From NCBI GenBank assembly GCA_965232875.1, contig OZ247431.1, positions 2,102,828-2,166,827 of the forward strand: a stretch of 64,000 nt of DNA. The letters run 5' to 3'. This document shows, piece by piece, positions 8,657 through 18,189 of the stretch. The DNA is from Dehalococcoidia bacterium (GTDB taxonomy: Bacteria > Chloroflexota > Dehalococcoidia > Bin125). The translations under genes were made by a program, and so were the position numbers. Position 1 is the first letter of the stretch; every line of letters starts with the position of its first letter. Under the pieces are notes generated by a model. It saw only the letters and a program-made list of their open reading frames with translations, ran no database searches and was not told where the DNA came from.

Positions 8657-9529
8657 ATGGCCGAGCAACAATACGAAACGTATGACCCGGCAGTCCACAA
8701 CCGATCGACGCCACAGGAGATCTTTGGTCCGGTGGTCAAGGTGGACAAGCTCGAGGACGGCGGGATCTACCTGATCACGCTGAACCGACCGCACCGACTG
8801 AACTCGATCGGCGACGGATTGAGCGACGCTCTGTACGACGCGTTTGTCGAGTATCGCGACGATCCCAATGCTCGCTGCGCCGTGCTCACCGGCGCCGGTC
8901 GCGCCTTCTGCGCCGGAGCCGACCTGATCAACACTGCTGAGACCCGCGAAGCCGAACGCGATGGTGGGACGGGAAATGCGCCAATCATCAGTCGGCGCAA
9001 GAATCCGGTGCCGCTCTCGGAGACGCTCGGCCTGTGGAAGCCAACGATCGCAGCGATCAATGGCTGGGCCGTCGCCGGCGGATTCATGTACGCGATGCAG
9101 TGCGATATTCGGATCATGTCGGAAGAAGCCAAAATCGGGATCGCCGAGACGCGCTGGAACATGGGCGGAGCCGGCTGGATGGCGCCGCTGACGAGGCAGA
9201 TCGGCCTGGGATCGGCGATGGAGCTGACGCTCTGGGGCGACACGCAATACGACGCCGAACGCTGTTACCAACTCGGATGGGTGCAGCGGGTCGTGCCACG
9301 CGAGATGTTGCTGGAAACTGCGCTGCAGTACGCCCGTCGCATGTTGTACCTGGCGCCTCGCGAAGTGCGAAACATCAAGCAGGCGTTGTATCGCGGCTAC
9401 CACATGGAGCCGATCATGGCGCAGCAGTTCGGCTCCGCGATCGAGCAGAATCTGCAAGGCATGAACGACTCCATCGAAGGTCCTAAGGCATTCTCCGAGA
9501 AGCGCCGCCCAAAGTTCACGGATACCTAG
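8657..9529 (+). CDS. Enoyl-CoA hydratase/isomerase (crotonase) family
   Basis: 290-aa ORF. VLTGAGRAFCAGADL and INGWAVAGGFMYAMQCDIRI are crotonase oxyanion-hole motifs. Confidence 0.85.
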   Translation: MAEQQYETYDPAVHNRSTPQEIFGPVVKVDKLEDGGIYLITLNRPHRLNSIGDGLSDALYDAFVEYRDDPNARCAVLTGAGRAFCAGADLINTAETREAERDGGTGNAPIISRRKNPVPLSETLGLWKPTIAAINGWAVAGGFMYAMQCDIRIMSEEAKIGIAETRWNMGGAGWMAPLTRQIGLGSAMELTLWGDTQYDAERCYQLGWVQRVVPREMLLETALQYARRMLYLAPREVRNIKQALYRGYHMEPIMAQQFGSAIEQNLQGMNDSIEGPKAFSEKRRPKFTDT

Positions 9530-9532
9530 GCC

Positions 9533-9853
9533 ATGACGACGATCACAACACTACGCATCGTCTGGCACGAACAGACATCGGACTTCGGCGAACCGATGCC
9601 CTGGTTCGGCTCCTGGCTGGTGGGCGACGGTGAGTCCGAGGGCGACTGGTTCCACTCCGGTCGCGGAGCGGCTGATACCTCACACGAACCGCCCGATGAC
9701 GCGGTCGGCGTACGGCTGCGCTTCTGGCCGTCGGAAGGACTCGATCCGGAGTACATCGACCTGCCGCTGCCTGAAAGCGGGCTGATCGAGACGATCGCGC
9801 TGGATTACGACCATCCAGGCCCGCACTCGCGGTTGGACCGGTCGCTGCTCTAA
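9533..9853 (+). CDS. Hypothetical protein
   Basis: 106-aa ORF starting 4 nt after the crotonase stop, on the same strand. I recognise no motif. It is followed directly by family A repeat copy 1. Confidence 0.35.
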   Translation: MTTITTLRIVWHEQTSDFGEPMPWFGSWLVGDGESEGDWFHSGRGAADTSHEPPDDAVGVRLRFWPSEGLDPEYIDLPLPESGLIETIALDYDHPGPHSRLDRSLL

Positions 9854-9920
9854 GGCCTGTTCACATGGATGCTGAGATCCCATACATGGCGCACCTGGAT
9901 TCCCAGCTCCCCCTTGCAGA

Positions 9921-10135
9921 GATTGATGCATAACTCCCCTTCTCCCCCCCCCTTTGCGAGGGAGATGCCGAAGGCAGAGGGGGGGTCCCTGCCTGTTGGC
10001 ACTATCTGGTCGTCGCCTGCCGACCCCCTCTGTCACTCCGTGACATCTCCCCCCGCAAGGGGGGGAGAGGGGACTCGAAGGATATGCATCAGTCTCTCGC
10101 AGGGGGAGCTGCCGAAGGCTGAGGGGGTCCCGCTC
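9921..10135. repeat. Family A palindromic MITE-like element, copy 1 (about 1.5 units)
   Basis: Left arm ctccccttctccc...gcgagggagatgccgaaggcagaggggg; right arm ccccctctgtcactccgtgacatctccccccgcaaggggggga. It is flanked by the inverted pair tgatgcata / tatgcatca. An extra partial left arm (gcagggggagctgccgaaggctgaggggg) lies at about 10100-10128. Confidence 0.75.
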
Positions 10136-10293
10136 CCGATCCGCAGCCTTGTGTAACCTCCGTCCGTCGTTCCACACTCCATGTGAACAGACCCTAGCTC
10201 GTTGCCAAGGAACTCGCGGCCCTCCGGTGCCGCCCCAAAGCTGGATACACTGGGTGTTGCAGTAGGACGGTATCGGCTCCGAAGGAGACAAGC

Positions 10294-10524
10294 ATGCAGC
10301 CAATGGACCGGATCACTATGGACCCAGCCGTCATGGGTGGCAAGGCTTGCATCCGTGGGATGCGGGTTACCGTTGGTACGGTGGTAGGCCTCTTGGCGGC
10401 TGGTCGCTCACGTTCTGAAATCCTCGAGTCCTATCCCTACATCGAGTCAGAGGATATCGATCAATCCTTGACCTACGCTGCCTGGCGGTTGGAGGAACGC
10501 GAAGTTCCCCTCCCGTCGACATGA
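10294..10524 (+). CDS. DUF433-domain antitoxin-like protein
   Basis: 76-aa ORF. ITMDPAVMGGKACIRGMRVTVGTVVGLLAAGRSRSEILESYPYIESEDI is the DUF433 signature pattern. Confidence 0.75.
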   Translation: MQPMDRITMDPAVMGGKACIRGMRVTVGTVVGLLAAGRSRSEILESYPYIESEDIDQSLTYAAWRLEEREVPLPST

Positions 10525-10664
10525 GACCAAAGCTGCTCGTCGATATGAACCTCTCGCCCCAATGGATTCCAGTGCTGCAGCATGGCTGGCCGGCGGTGCA
10601 CTGGTCCGACGTAGGCGATCTTCCCTTGCTCAGGAGCTCGATGCCTCCGCTAGACTCTCACTAA
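10521..10664 (+). pseudogene. Truncated DUF5615 (PIN-like) toxin partner of DUF433
   Basis: The ATG overlaps the DUF433 stop (ATGA). It translates to MRPKLLVDMNLSPQWIPVLQHGWPAVHWSDVGDLPLLRSSMPPLDSH*, only 47 aa. The first 33 or so residues match the DUF5615 N-terminus, but family members are roughly 110-120 aa. Confidence 0.5.
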
Positions 10665-10708
10665 CTATCGAGTGATGGCCTGCTCTGTCGGGTTTGGAAG
10701 GAATTTGC

Positions 10709-11929
10709 ATGGTTACCGCTGAACGTCCCGCAGCCGATCCGGTTGGATATGAGATCCCCGAGCATCGCACCCTGACCCCAGGCACCGAGGGCTGGACCCG
10801 CACGGCGCGACCGGAAGACCCGAAGAAGTACTTCATGGTCTCGGCCGACTGCCACGTGCATGAGCCGGTGGACCTCTGGGAGCGCCGAATCGACGAGAAG
10901 TACCGGCACCGGCTGCCTCGCATTGAGGTCGACGAGGATGGCGTCCGCTGGCAGGTGACCGAGGGTCACCGCCCGACCAAGATTCGCGACCTGAAGCTGG
11001 CCGGCGAGGACCTGGTCCGCGACAAGCACGGCAACGCCTTCCCTGAGGAGCGCTTCCGTGACATGGACCGTGATGGCGTTGACGCCGAGATCATCTTCCC
11101 CAACAAGGGTCTCTCGATGTGGGCGACCGACGACCCGGTCTTCGCCAACGCGATGTGCAGCGCCTGGAACGACTGGGCCTGGGAGACCTTCGGCGACACC
11201 TACGACCGTTCGTCGCCGCTGGCTTGCGTCGCGACCGGCGACATCCCCGGCGCGATTGCTGAAATCCAGCGCTCGGCCGAGCGCGGCTTCCGCGGTTTCT
11301 CCTTCCCGGCCAAGCCGGTCTGGGGGCCGACCGGTGAAGACTCTCGCAACTACAACCTGCCTGAGTTCGACCCGCTCTGGGCGGCGGTCGAAGAGACCGG
11401 CCTGCCGATCACGTTCCACGTCTCGACCGGACGCGACCCGCGCGGCGCGCGCGGCAATGGCGGCGCAGTCACCAACTACGTCTTCCACTCGCTGGCGATG
11501 ACGATGGAGCCAATCATCAACATGTGCGCGTCGGGAGTCTTCCAGCGCTTCCCGGACCTGCGCGCCGGCACGATCGAAGCAGGTATCGGCTGGATTCCCT
11601 GGGCGCTGACCGCCATGGACGAGGCCTACCACAAGCACCACATGTGGGCCTTCCCCAAGCTCGAAGGCCTGCCCTCGGACTACTACAGATCGCATTGCTT
11701 CGGCTCTTTCCAGGACGATGCACCGGGCATTGACCTGGCCAAGAAGTACGACTTGATCGACAATCTGCTCTGGGCCAACGACTACCCGCATCACGAGGGC
11801 TCCTGGCCGCATTCGGCGGCGGCGATCGAACGCACGATGGGCGACCTGACGGACGTGGAACGGGCCAAGATCCTTGGCCTGAATGCGGCCCGTCTGTTCA
11901 ACTTCGACGTGCCTGACTCGAAGCGGTAG
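10709..11929 (+). CDS. Amidohydrolase-2 family metal-dependent hydrolase/decarboxylase (ACMSD-like)
   Basis: The ORF track gives 10694-11929. The ATG at 10709 follows GGAAGGA. It has DCHVHEP near the N-terminus, and NDYPHHEGSWP with AKILGLNAARLF at the C-terminus. Confidence 0.8.
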   Translation: MVTAERPAADPVGYEIPEHRTLTPGTEGWTRTARPEDPKKYFMVSADCHVHEPVDLWERRIDEKYRHRLPRIEVDEDGVRWQVTEGHRPTKIRDLKLAGEDLVRDKHGNAFPEERFRDMDRDGVDAEIIFPNKGLSMWATDDPVFANAMCSAWNDWAWETFGDTYDRSSPLACVATGDIPGAIAEIQRSAERGFRGFSFPAKPVWGPTGEDSRNYNLPEFDPLWAAVEETGLPITFHVSTGRDPRGARGNGGAVTNYVFHSLAMTMEPIINMCASGVFQRFPDLRAGTIEAGIGWIPWALTAMDEAYHKHHMWAFPKLEGLPSDYYRSHCFGSFQDDAPGIDLAKKYDLIDNLLWANDYPHHEGSWPHSAAAIERTMGDLTDVERAKILGLNAARLFNFDVPDSKR

Positions 11930-12025
11930 CCTCTGGCTGTTCTGGATGGAGAGCCATGGCAGTCATGACATTCTGTGTATACTCCGCCATGAGCGGATTG
12001 GTCTTGCTCGCATAACGAGTGGACG

Positions 12026-13225
12026 ATGAAAGGACCTGGAACCATGAAATGGCCAAGTTTGAAGGGCCGCCGACTTGCCAGTGCACTGCTTTTTGCAGGA
12101 GCAGCACTCATCGCCGGCGCTGTCATCGGCGCTTGTACGTCTGATGAAGATCAGCAGCAGGCGCAGGCGGGCGACCAACAACAGGTGATGGAACAGCAGC
12201 AACAACAGGACCAGCCGCAGGCCCAGGTTTCCGGCGATCCTCGCGGCAACACGGTGCAGCTAGTCAAGGACCGTGGGATTCTCAAGTGCGGCGTCAAGCA
12301 GACGCAGCCACTGTTCGGTTTCCGCGAGCCAGATGGCGCCGTGGTTGGCTTTGATGTCGACTTCTGTAAGGCCATTGCTGAGGCCCTGGAGGTTGACCTC
12401 GAGCTGATCGACGCCTCCGACGCCTCGACACGATTCGAGTTGCTGGCTAACGGGAACATTGACGTCCTGATCCGGACGACCACCATCACCGCGTCGCGCG
12501 ACCGTGAACTCGGTGTCGACTTCGCGCAGACCACGTTCTACACCGGTCAGGGCTTCGCGGTGCACGCCGGTTCGGGCATCAACTCGACCGCCGACATGGG
12601 TGGTTCAACCATCTGCGTCCAGTCCGGTACCACGACCGAGCAGAACCTGGCCGACCACTTCACCGACCTCGGCCTGAGTTACACGCCGCTGGGCGGTTCC
12701 GACCAGGAAACGCAGGACGCGTTCCTCGCCGGTCGCTGTGACGTGTGGACTGCTGACCAGTCCAACCTCGCATCCCGCATCGGCGTCCTTGAGAACGCCA
12801 GCGACTTCGTCATTCTTGGTGAGCTGATCTCCAAGGAGCCGTTGGCTCCTGGCGTCCGCGACTACGACTCCGAGTTCAAAGACGTGGTCAACTGGGTCGT
12901 GCACGGCCTGATCGCTGCTGAGGAAATGGGCATCAACCAGGCCAACGTGGCCGCGATGGCCTCGAACCCGCCGAACACCGCCATCGCGCGTCTGTTGGGC
13001 GTTCCCTTCGAGGGCGGCGAAGTCTCGACCCTTGGCTTCGACTCAGTTGGTGCGCAGTTCATCCAGCGTGCGATCATCGCAGTCGGCAACTACGGCGAAA
13101 TCTACGAGAACAACGTCGGTGACGCGGTTCCGCGAGCCTGCTCGCTGAACGCCCTGGCATCTGAGGACAAGAGCAACTGTCCGCCAGGTACCGGTGGTAT
13201 CCAGTACGCACTGCCGTACCGCTAA
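12026..13225 (+). CDS. aapJ: Amino-acid ABC transporter substrate-binding lipoprotein (general L-amino-acid type)
   Basis: 399-aa ORF. A signal peptide and lipobox (AVIGAC) are followed by a Q-rich tether (DEDQQQAQAGDQQQVMEQQQQQDQPQAQ). The type-II periplasmic binding fold then begins (ILKCGVKQTQPLFGFREPDG...). Confidence 0.85.
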   Translation: MKGPGTMKWPSLKGRRLASALLFAGAALIAGAVIGACTSDEDQQQAQAGDQQQVMEQQQQQDQPQAQVSGDPRGNTVQLVKDRGILKCGVKQTQPLFGFREPDGAVVGFDVDFCKAIAEALEVDLELIDASDASTRFELLANGNIDVLIRTTTITASRDRELGVDFAQTTFYTGQGFAVHAGSGINSTADMGGSTICVQSGTTTEQNLADHFTDLGLSYTPLGGSDQETQDAFLAGRCDVWTADQSNLASRIGVLENASDFVILGELISKEPLAPGVRDYDSEFKDVVNWVVHGLIAAEEMGINQANVAAMASNPPNTAIARLLGVPFEGGEVSTLGFDSVGAQFIQRAIIAVGNYGEIYENNVGDAVPRACSLNALASEDKSNCPPGTGGIQYALPYR

Positions 13226-13247
13226 GCCGCAACTCGTCGGTTCAATC

Positions 13248-13277
13248 AAGGGGCCGCCCGCAGGGGCGGCCCCTTTT
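13248..13277 (+). terminator. Intrinsic terminator/attenuating hairpin after the binding-protein gene
   Basis: aaggggccgccc-gcag-gggcggcccctt is followed by ttgc. It is a perfect 12-bp GC stem lying 20 nt after the stop. Confidence 0.6.
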
Positions 13278-13337
13278 GCTATCCAAACCCATCCAATCAG
13301 TCTCCGTTAACCTGTTGCGCAACCGACGCGCCTTGAG

Positions 13338-14549
13338 TTGAACATCGAGCAGGACCGCATGTCCGTACAAGCCCAGCCTTCCGGTGACGTGCCGCTGTTC
13401 TATCGGCGTGGGTTCCGCAATCTCCTGCAGCAGGCCATCTACGTCGCTGCGACGGCCATTGTTGCCTGGTACGTCTACACGTCGCTTGATCTGCGAGACT
13501 TTGGCTTCGGGTTCCTGAGCGAGCCGGCCGGGTTCGCGGTCGGCTCTCAGTGGCTCACTGAAGTCGACGGCGTGACCAGCTCGAGGCTTGAGATCTATCT
13601 CGTTGGTGTGTGGGCCTCGCTACGCGCCGTCATGGTGGCGATACTCCTGTCTACGGTAGTCGGCGTCTTTATCGGCGTCGCGCGCCTGTCTTCCAACTTC
13701 CTGGTCTCCAAGATGGCGACACTGTTTGTCGAAATCTTCCGCAACACGCCGCTGCTCGTCCAGGTAGTGCTCTGGTACGCGATCCTGCTGGTTGGTGCGC
13801 CGGTCATCCAGAACGTTGTGAATGTCGGCGATTTCTTCTTCCTCTCCAATCGCGGCATTGCCATCCCCTGGCCGGTGCCCTCGGGCGGCCTGTGGGGACT
13901 GCCCGACTGGTTCGTGGGCGTCTGGGTGCTCGCACTAATTGCGGCCGCGTTGGTCGCAATGAGAGTCCGCGCATCCCGAATCGAAGTTGAGCGAGAAACA
14001 GGACAGCCGCACTACCCGAATCGCTGGGCCTTCTCGATCTTCGCCAGCGCCGCGCTGATTTCATTCCTGCTGCTCGGCGTGGTCGTCTCAATCGACCGTC
14101 CGATTCTCGAAGGCACACAGTATGCCGAAGGCATGGTGATCAAACCTGAGTTCGCAGCGTTGGTGCTCGGACTGACTGCCTACACCGGAGCGTTCATCGC
14201 CGAAATCGTACGTGGCAGCATCCAGGCGTTGCCGCGTGGACAAACCGAGGCGGCAAACGCCATCGGCCTGTCCGGATATCAGCGCCTCACACTCATCATC
14301 CTGCCGCAGGCCTTGCGACAGATGATCCCCTCGGTCACCAATCAGTACTTGAACGTCAACAAAAACTCTTCGTTGGCGTATGCAGTCCTGTACGACGACC
14401 TGTTCCGTGTAGCCACGGTGATCCAGAACAAGGCCGGCCACGCGCTTGAAATGTTCTTTGTCATCATTGTGACCTACATGATCATCTCATTCGCCATATC
14501 CGCCGTGATGAACGTGTTCAACTCGCGTGTCACCGCGAACCGGTTGTAG
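13338..14549 (+). CDS. aapQ: Amino-acid ABC transporter permease (AapQ-like)
   Basis: 403-aa multi-TM ORF. The EAA-loop region is GSIQALPRGQTEAANAIGLSGYQRLTLIILPQALRQMIP. A more likely ATG lies at 13359. Confidence 0.85.
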   Translation: MNIEQDRMSVQAQPSGDVPLFYRRGFRNLLQQAIYVAATAIVAWYVYTSLDLRDFGFGFLSEPAGFAVGSQWLTEVDGVTSSRLEIYLVGVWASLRAVMVAILLSTVVGVFIGVARLSSNFLVSKMATLFVEIFRNTPLLVQVVLWYAILLVGAPVIQNVVNVGDFFFLSNRGIAIPWPVPSGGLWGLPDWFVGVWVLALIAAALVAMRVRASRIEVERETGQPHYPNRWAFSIFASAALISFLLLGVVVSIDRPILEGTQYAEGMVIKPEFAALVLGLTAYTGAFIAEIVRGSIQALPRGQTEAANAIGLSGYQRLTLIILPQALRQMIPSVTNQYLNVNKNSSLAYAVLYDDLFRVATVIQNKAGHALEMFFVIIVTYMIISFAISAVMNVFNSRVTANRL

Positions 14550-14558
14550 GGGGCGCTG

Positions 14559-15830
14559 ATGTCTGAGCTTCCCCCAATCCCACGCCCCGAGCAGGTTCCG
14601 TTGCCGCCCGCAGGCGGACCGCGCAAGATTGTCTTGCCGCCGCACCGTCAACGTGCGAGACGCCCGTGGTCGGTCCGGGCTCGCGAGTGGGTCAACCGCA
14701 ACCTCTTCCCCTCACTGACTGGCACGATTCTGACACTCGTGTCCGCTGGATTCCTGGGTGTCCTGTTCATTGGCGTCGTCTGGTTCGTGTTCTTCGACGC
14801 GAACTGGAACGTGATCACGGCCAATCGCTGGCTGCTCTTCGCTGGATCCTTCCCGCGCGAGGAGGCCTGGCGGCTGTGGACCAGCATCGCTGTCGTGATG
14901 TTCCTGATCGGTCTCGCCTACGGCACCTGGTCGAGTCTCGGACGTCGGGACTCGCTCTTCATCGTCCTGACCGGCGGGTTCGTCATCTTCCTGATGGCTC
15001 ACGGCGATGCAACGATCTGGTCATCGATTTGGTTCCTTGCCGCAATTGGATTCCTCTACTTCGGCTACTACCTGACCGTGTGGATGCCGCGCGAGACCTC
15101 CCCGCGACGCGTACTGCAACAGCGGGTCGTGGGAGGATTGCTGGCGATCTCGCTACCACTCGTCTTGGTGATTCTGATGGTCGCTGGCGGAGCGAACACT
15201 CGCCAGTTCGATGGCTTCGTGCTCAACCTGATTCTGGCACCGGTGGGCATCGTTGGTGGACTCGTCGTGGCAATCCCGCTGGCCCTTGGCCGCGCGTCCA
15301 ACATGAAGACGATCAAGTGGACTTGTACGGCCTACATCGAGGTCGTGCGTGGAGCGCCATTGCTGGGCTGGCTGTTCGTCGCGCTATTCATCCTCGACGA
15401 CATCATGGGCGGCGACCTGATTATCCGCACGATGGTCGTCCTGGCCGTCTTCACAGGCGCCTACATGGCTGAGTACATCCGCGGTGGCCTACAGGCCCTG
15501 CCGCGAGGTCAATACGAGGCGGCGCAATCTGTGGGTCTGAACAAGTTGCAGTCGATGCAACTGATCATCCTGCCCCAGGCACTGAGAATCTCAATCCCAC
15601 CGATCGTCGGTCAGGCCATCGCGATCTGGAAGGACACGACCCTGGTCACGGTCATCCTGACCCTACGCGAACTCAAGGGCAACGCCGACTCGGCCATCGC
15701 CCAGTCAGAGTTCATTCCCGACCGGATCGAGGCCTACGTGTTCGTCGCCGTAGTGTTCTGGGTGGTCGCGTTCATGATGTCAAGAATCTCGCAGCGAGTA
15801 GAGCGGGCGCAAGGCATCGGAGAGCGATAG
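14559..15830 (+). CDS. aapM: Amino-acid ABC transporter permease (AapM-like)
   Basis: 423-aa multi-TM ORF. The EAA loop is GGLQALPRGQYEAAQSVGLNKLQSMQLIILPQALRISIP. Confidence 0.85.
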   Translation: MSELPPIPRPEQVPLPPAGGPRKIVLPPHRQRARRPWSVRAREWVNRNLFPSLTGTILTLVSAGFLGVLFIGVVWFVFFDANWNVITANRWLLFAGSFPREEAWRLWTSIAVVMFLIGLAYGTWSSLGRRDSLFIVLTGGFVIFLMAHGDATIWSSIWFLAAIGFLYFGYYLTVWMPRETSPRRVLQQRVVGGLLAISLPLVLVILMVAGGANTRQFDGFVLNLILAPVGIVGGLVVAIPLALGRASNMKTIKWTCTAYIEVVRGAPLLGWLFVALFILDDIMGGDLIIRTMVVLAVFTGAYMAEYIRGGLQALPRGQYEAAQSVGLNKLQSMQLIILPQALRISIPPIVGQAIAIWKDTTLVTVILTLRELKGNADSAIAQSEFIPDRIEAYVFVAVVFWVVAFMMSRISQRVERAQGIGER

Positions 15831-15834
15831 GCGC

Positions 15835-16131
15835 TCAGTCGGCGACCTCGGCCGCGTCGGTGTGCTCCTCCGGTTCCAAAAGGGGGTATTCTGGCTCAAT
15901 CCACTGGATGTCTTCTGGCACCTCAACATCGACGACAGCGGCTCCTACGGCTGACGGAATCTCAACTGGGTCGCCGTCAGAGACCATAAACTCAATGTGG
16001 TATTGGATTGCCTCTCGAATGAGTTCCTCTGTCTCCTCAAGTGTGTCGGCGAGCGCTACGCAGCCTGGAAGATCGGGGACGTATGCGCCGTAGTTGTTCG
16101 GAGCCTTCTCAAATATGACCACATACTTCAT
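15835..16131 (-). CDS. hicB: HicB-family antitoxin
   Basis: 98-aa ORF. MKYVVIFEKAPNNYGAYVPDLPGCVALADTLEETEELIREAI is the HicB N-terminal (UPF0150) pattern. It overlaps hicA by 4 nt. Confidence 0.85.
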   Translation of the reverse strand: MKYVVIFEKAPNNYGAYVPDLPGCVALADTLEETEELIREAIQYHIEFMVSDGDPVEIPSAVGAAVVDVEVPEDIQWIEPEYPLLEPEEHTDAAEVAD

Positions 16132-16367
16132 CTATTCGCCTTCCAGCTCAATCCTGCTTGGTTGAGAATACCTCGAAAGGTGCCGATCGGCAGGTCCTTG
16201 GACGCAGGCCCTGCAACGGTCACTTTGCCGAGCTTGGTTGGGTGCTTGAAGTGCCGATGGCTTCCTCGCTGGTACACGAAGTACCAACCATCGGCTTCGA
16301 CGATCTTGATGACTTGTCTGACTTTTGGCATCGAAGATGGAGCGTAGCCGAAGAATTGGAGTTTCAC
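16128..16367 (-). CDS. hicA: HicA-family mRNA-interferase toxin
   Basis: 79-aa ORF. VRQVIKIVEADGWYFVYQRGSHRHFKHPTKLGKVTVAGPASKDLPIGTFRGILNQAGL is the YcfA/HicA pattern. Confidence 0.85.
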   Translation of the reverse strand: MKLQFFGYAPSSMPKVRQVIKIVEADGWYFVYQRGSHRHFKHPTKLGKVTVAGPASKDLPIGTFRGILNQAGLSWKANR

Positions 16368-16441
16368 ATTCGTAACAGCCCTCGTCTGCGATCGCGTACC
16401 GCTAACATCGGATCATTGACTCTTCCGTTGAACAGGATGAG

Positions 16442-17302
16442 GTGAGCGCCATGGCAGACGACATTTCGCCAGCAAGCATCATCGCCGAGTCGGCCGGACC
16501 GAAGACTGCATCGGCGGCTGCGGTCGCACCCGATCCCGACGCCGAGGTGTTCTCGCCTCGTCTCGCCGGGTCCAGCGACATCATCATCACCGAGAACGTG
16601 GACAAATGGTTCGGCGACTTCCAGGCGCTCGACAATGTGTCGCTGCGGATCAAGGAGCATGAGATCGTCGTCATCCTGGGGCCGTCTGGTTCTGGCAAGT
16701 CCACGTACATTCGCTGCCTCAATCGGCTCGAAGAGCACGACGCAGGACGAATCGTGATCGATGGAATCGAGCTGAACGAGGACGTCCGCGCGATGGCGGC
16801 GATTCGCTCGGAAGTCGGGATGGTGTTCCAGCAGTTCAATCTGTTCCCGCACATCTCCGTGCTCAGCAACATCACGCTCGGGCCGCAAAAGGTGCGTCAC
16901 ATGCCGAAGCTTGAAGCCGAGGCGCTGGCCATGCAACTGCTTGAGCGTGTCGGCATCCCAGAGCAGGCCGACAAATTCCCCTCGCAGCTCTCCGGCGGTC
17001 AGCAACAGCGCGTTGCCATCGCGCGAGCCTTGGCCATGCAACCGAAGATCATGCTGTTCGACGAGCCGACCTCGGCGCTCGACCCTGAGATGATCAAGGA
17101 AGTGCTCGATGTCATGCAGGAGCTCGCCGAGTCGGGCATGACAATGATCGTGGTCACGCACGAGATGGGCTTCGCCCGCGAGGTCGCCGACCGACTCGTC
17201 TTCTTCGACGAGGGCGCGTTGGTCGAACAGGGAACGCCGGAGCACTTCTTCACTAACCCGCGCGAGGAACGAACCAAGCTGTTCCTCAGCCAGATTCTGT
17301 AG
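16442..17302 (+). CDS. aapP: Amino-acid ABC transporter ATP-binding protein
   Basis: 286-aa ORF with Walker [10 protein letters not shown], signature [15 protein letters not shown] and Walker [13 protein letters not shown]. The N-terminal extension of about 45 aa is unusual, so the true start is uncertain. Confidence 0.9.
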   Translation: MSAMADDISPASIIAESAGPKTASAAAVAPDPDAEVFSPRLAGSSDIIITENVDKWFGDFQALDNVSLRIKEHEIVVILGPSGSGKSTYIRCLNRLEEHDAGRIVIDGIELNEDVRAMAAIRSEVGMVFQQFNLFPHISVLSNITLGPQKVRHMPKLEAEALAMQLLERVGIPEQADKFPSQLSGGQQQRVAIARALAMQPKIMLFDEPTSALDPEMIKEVLDVMQELAESGMTMIVVTHEMGFAREVADRLVFFDEGALVEQGTPEHFFTNPREERTKLFLSQIL

Positions 17303-17311
17303 GCACGCCCA

Positions 17312-18031
17312 ATGGCCGCAGATCTCAGTCAGGTACGTGCACTCACATTCGATGTCTTCGGCACCGTGGTCGACTGGCGCTCGTCCGTCTCGGCCGAGGT
17401 GGCGTCGTTCCTGAACCGGCACGGCGTCGAGGCCGATGCCGGCATGTTCACCGACCGTTGGCGTCGCGAGGGCTACGCGGGCGGGATGCGGCTCGTCCGC
17501 AACGGCGAGCTGCCGTTCCAGACGGCTGATGGGTTGCATCTGCGGATGCTGCGCATGCTGCTGGCGGAGCTCGGCATTGATGCTGAGGAATCCGAAGTCC
17601 TCGAACTCAATCGAGCTTGGCATCGTCTGCATCCGTGGGTCGACTCTCCAGGTGGACTGCAACGTCTGCGCTCGCGATTCGTGGTCTCCACTCTGTCGAA
17701 TGGCAATATCGAATTGCTGGTCAATATGGCCAAGTTCGGTGGACTGCCTTGGGACTGTGTCCTATCGGCAGAAGTAACCGATGCATTCAAGCCCCAACCA
17801 CAGTGCTACCGGCGAGCGGCCGAGTTGCTCGGATGTGAGTCGCATGAGGTGATGATGGTTGCCGCGCACCAGGGAGACCTCCTCGCTGCCGCCCAAACCG
17901 GCATGAGAACCGCTTTCGTGCCAAGACCGCATGAGTCAGGGCCAAACTTCCCAGTCGATCTCACGCCCGACCCCTCGTTCGACATCGTCGCAACCGACTT
18001 CCACGACCTCGCCGCACATCTCGACTGCTGA
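17312..18031 (+). CDS. HAD-superfamily hydrolase, type II haloacid-dehalogenase-like
   Basis: 239-aa ORF. LTFDVFGTVVDW is HAD motif I. STLSNGN, the FKPQPQCY region and the later MVAAHQGDL fit the 2-haloacid dehalogenase subfamily. Confidence 0.7.
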   Translation: MAADLSQVRALTFDVFGTVVDWRSSVSAEVASFLNRHGVEADAGMFTDRWRREGYAGGMRLVRNGELPFQTADGLHLRMLRMLLAELGIDAEESEVLELNRAWHRLHPWVDSPGGLQRLRSRFVVSTLSNGNIELLVNMAKFGGLPWDCVLSAEVTDAFKPQPQCYRRAAELLGCESHEVMMVAAHQGDLLAAAQTGMRTAFVPRPHESGPNFPVDLTPDPSFDIVATDFHDLAAHLDC

Positions 18032-18041
18032 CCCCTCAATC

Positions 18042-18131
18042 CCCTCTCCCTCTGGGAGAGGGCTAGGGTGAGGGTCCCTCCGACGCCTCGACCACCTCCT
18101 CGTCATTCCCGCGCTCGACGCGGGAATCTCG
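18042..18131. repeat. Two terminator-like repeat hairpins (a PLPEGEG-type hairpin plus a family B unit)
   Basis: ccctctccctctgggagagggctagggtgaggg spans 18042-18075 and cgtcattcccgcgctcgacgcgggaatctcg spans 18101-18131. Both lie between convergent genes. Confidence 0.6.
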
Positions 18132-18189
18132 CCCCGTTCTGCACGAACTTCGCGCAAGAGTGGCGAGAGTTGAGGAACCCACTTTGGCA

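Noticed and set aside
10661-11812. Long antisense shadow ORFs in high-GC genes. Examples: 10661-11812(-), 8429-9457(-), 16364-17662(-), 41026-42255(-), 57371-58606(-), 6308-7558(+), 931-1950(+), 46994-47842(-).
   Set aside because: Each lies opposite a gene with clear family motifs. Their products are R/A/G/P-rich with no motifs. This is typical of stop-codon-poor frames in about 60 % GC DNA.
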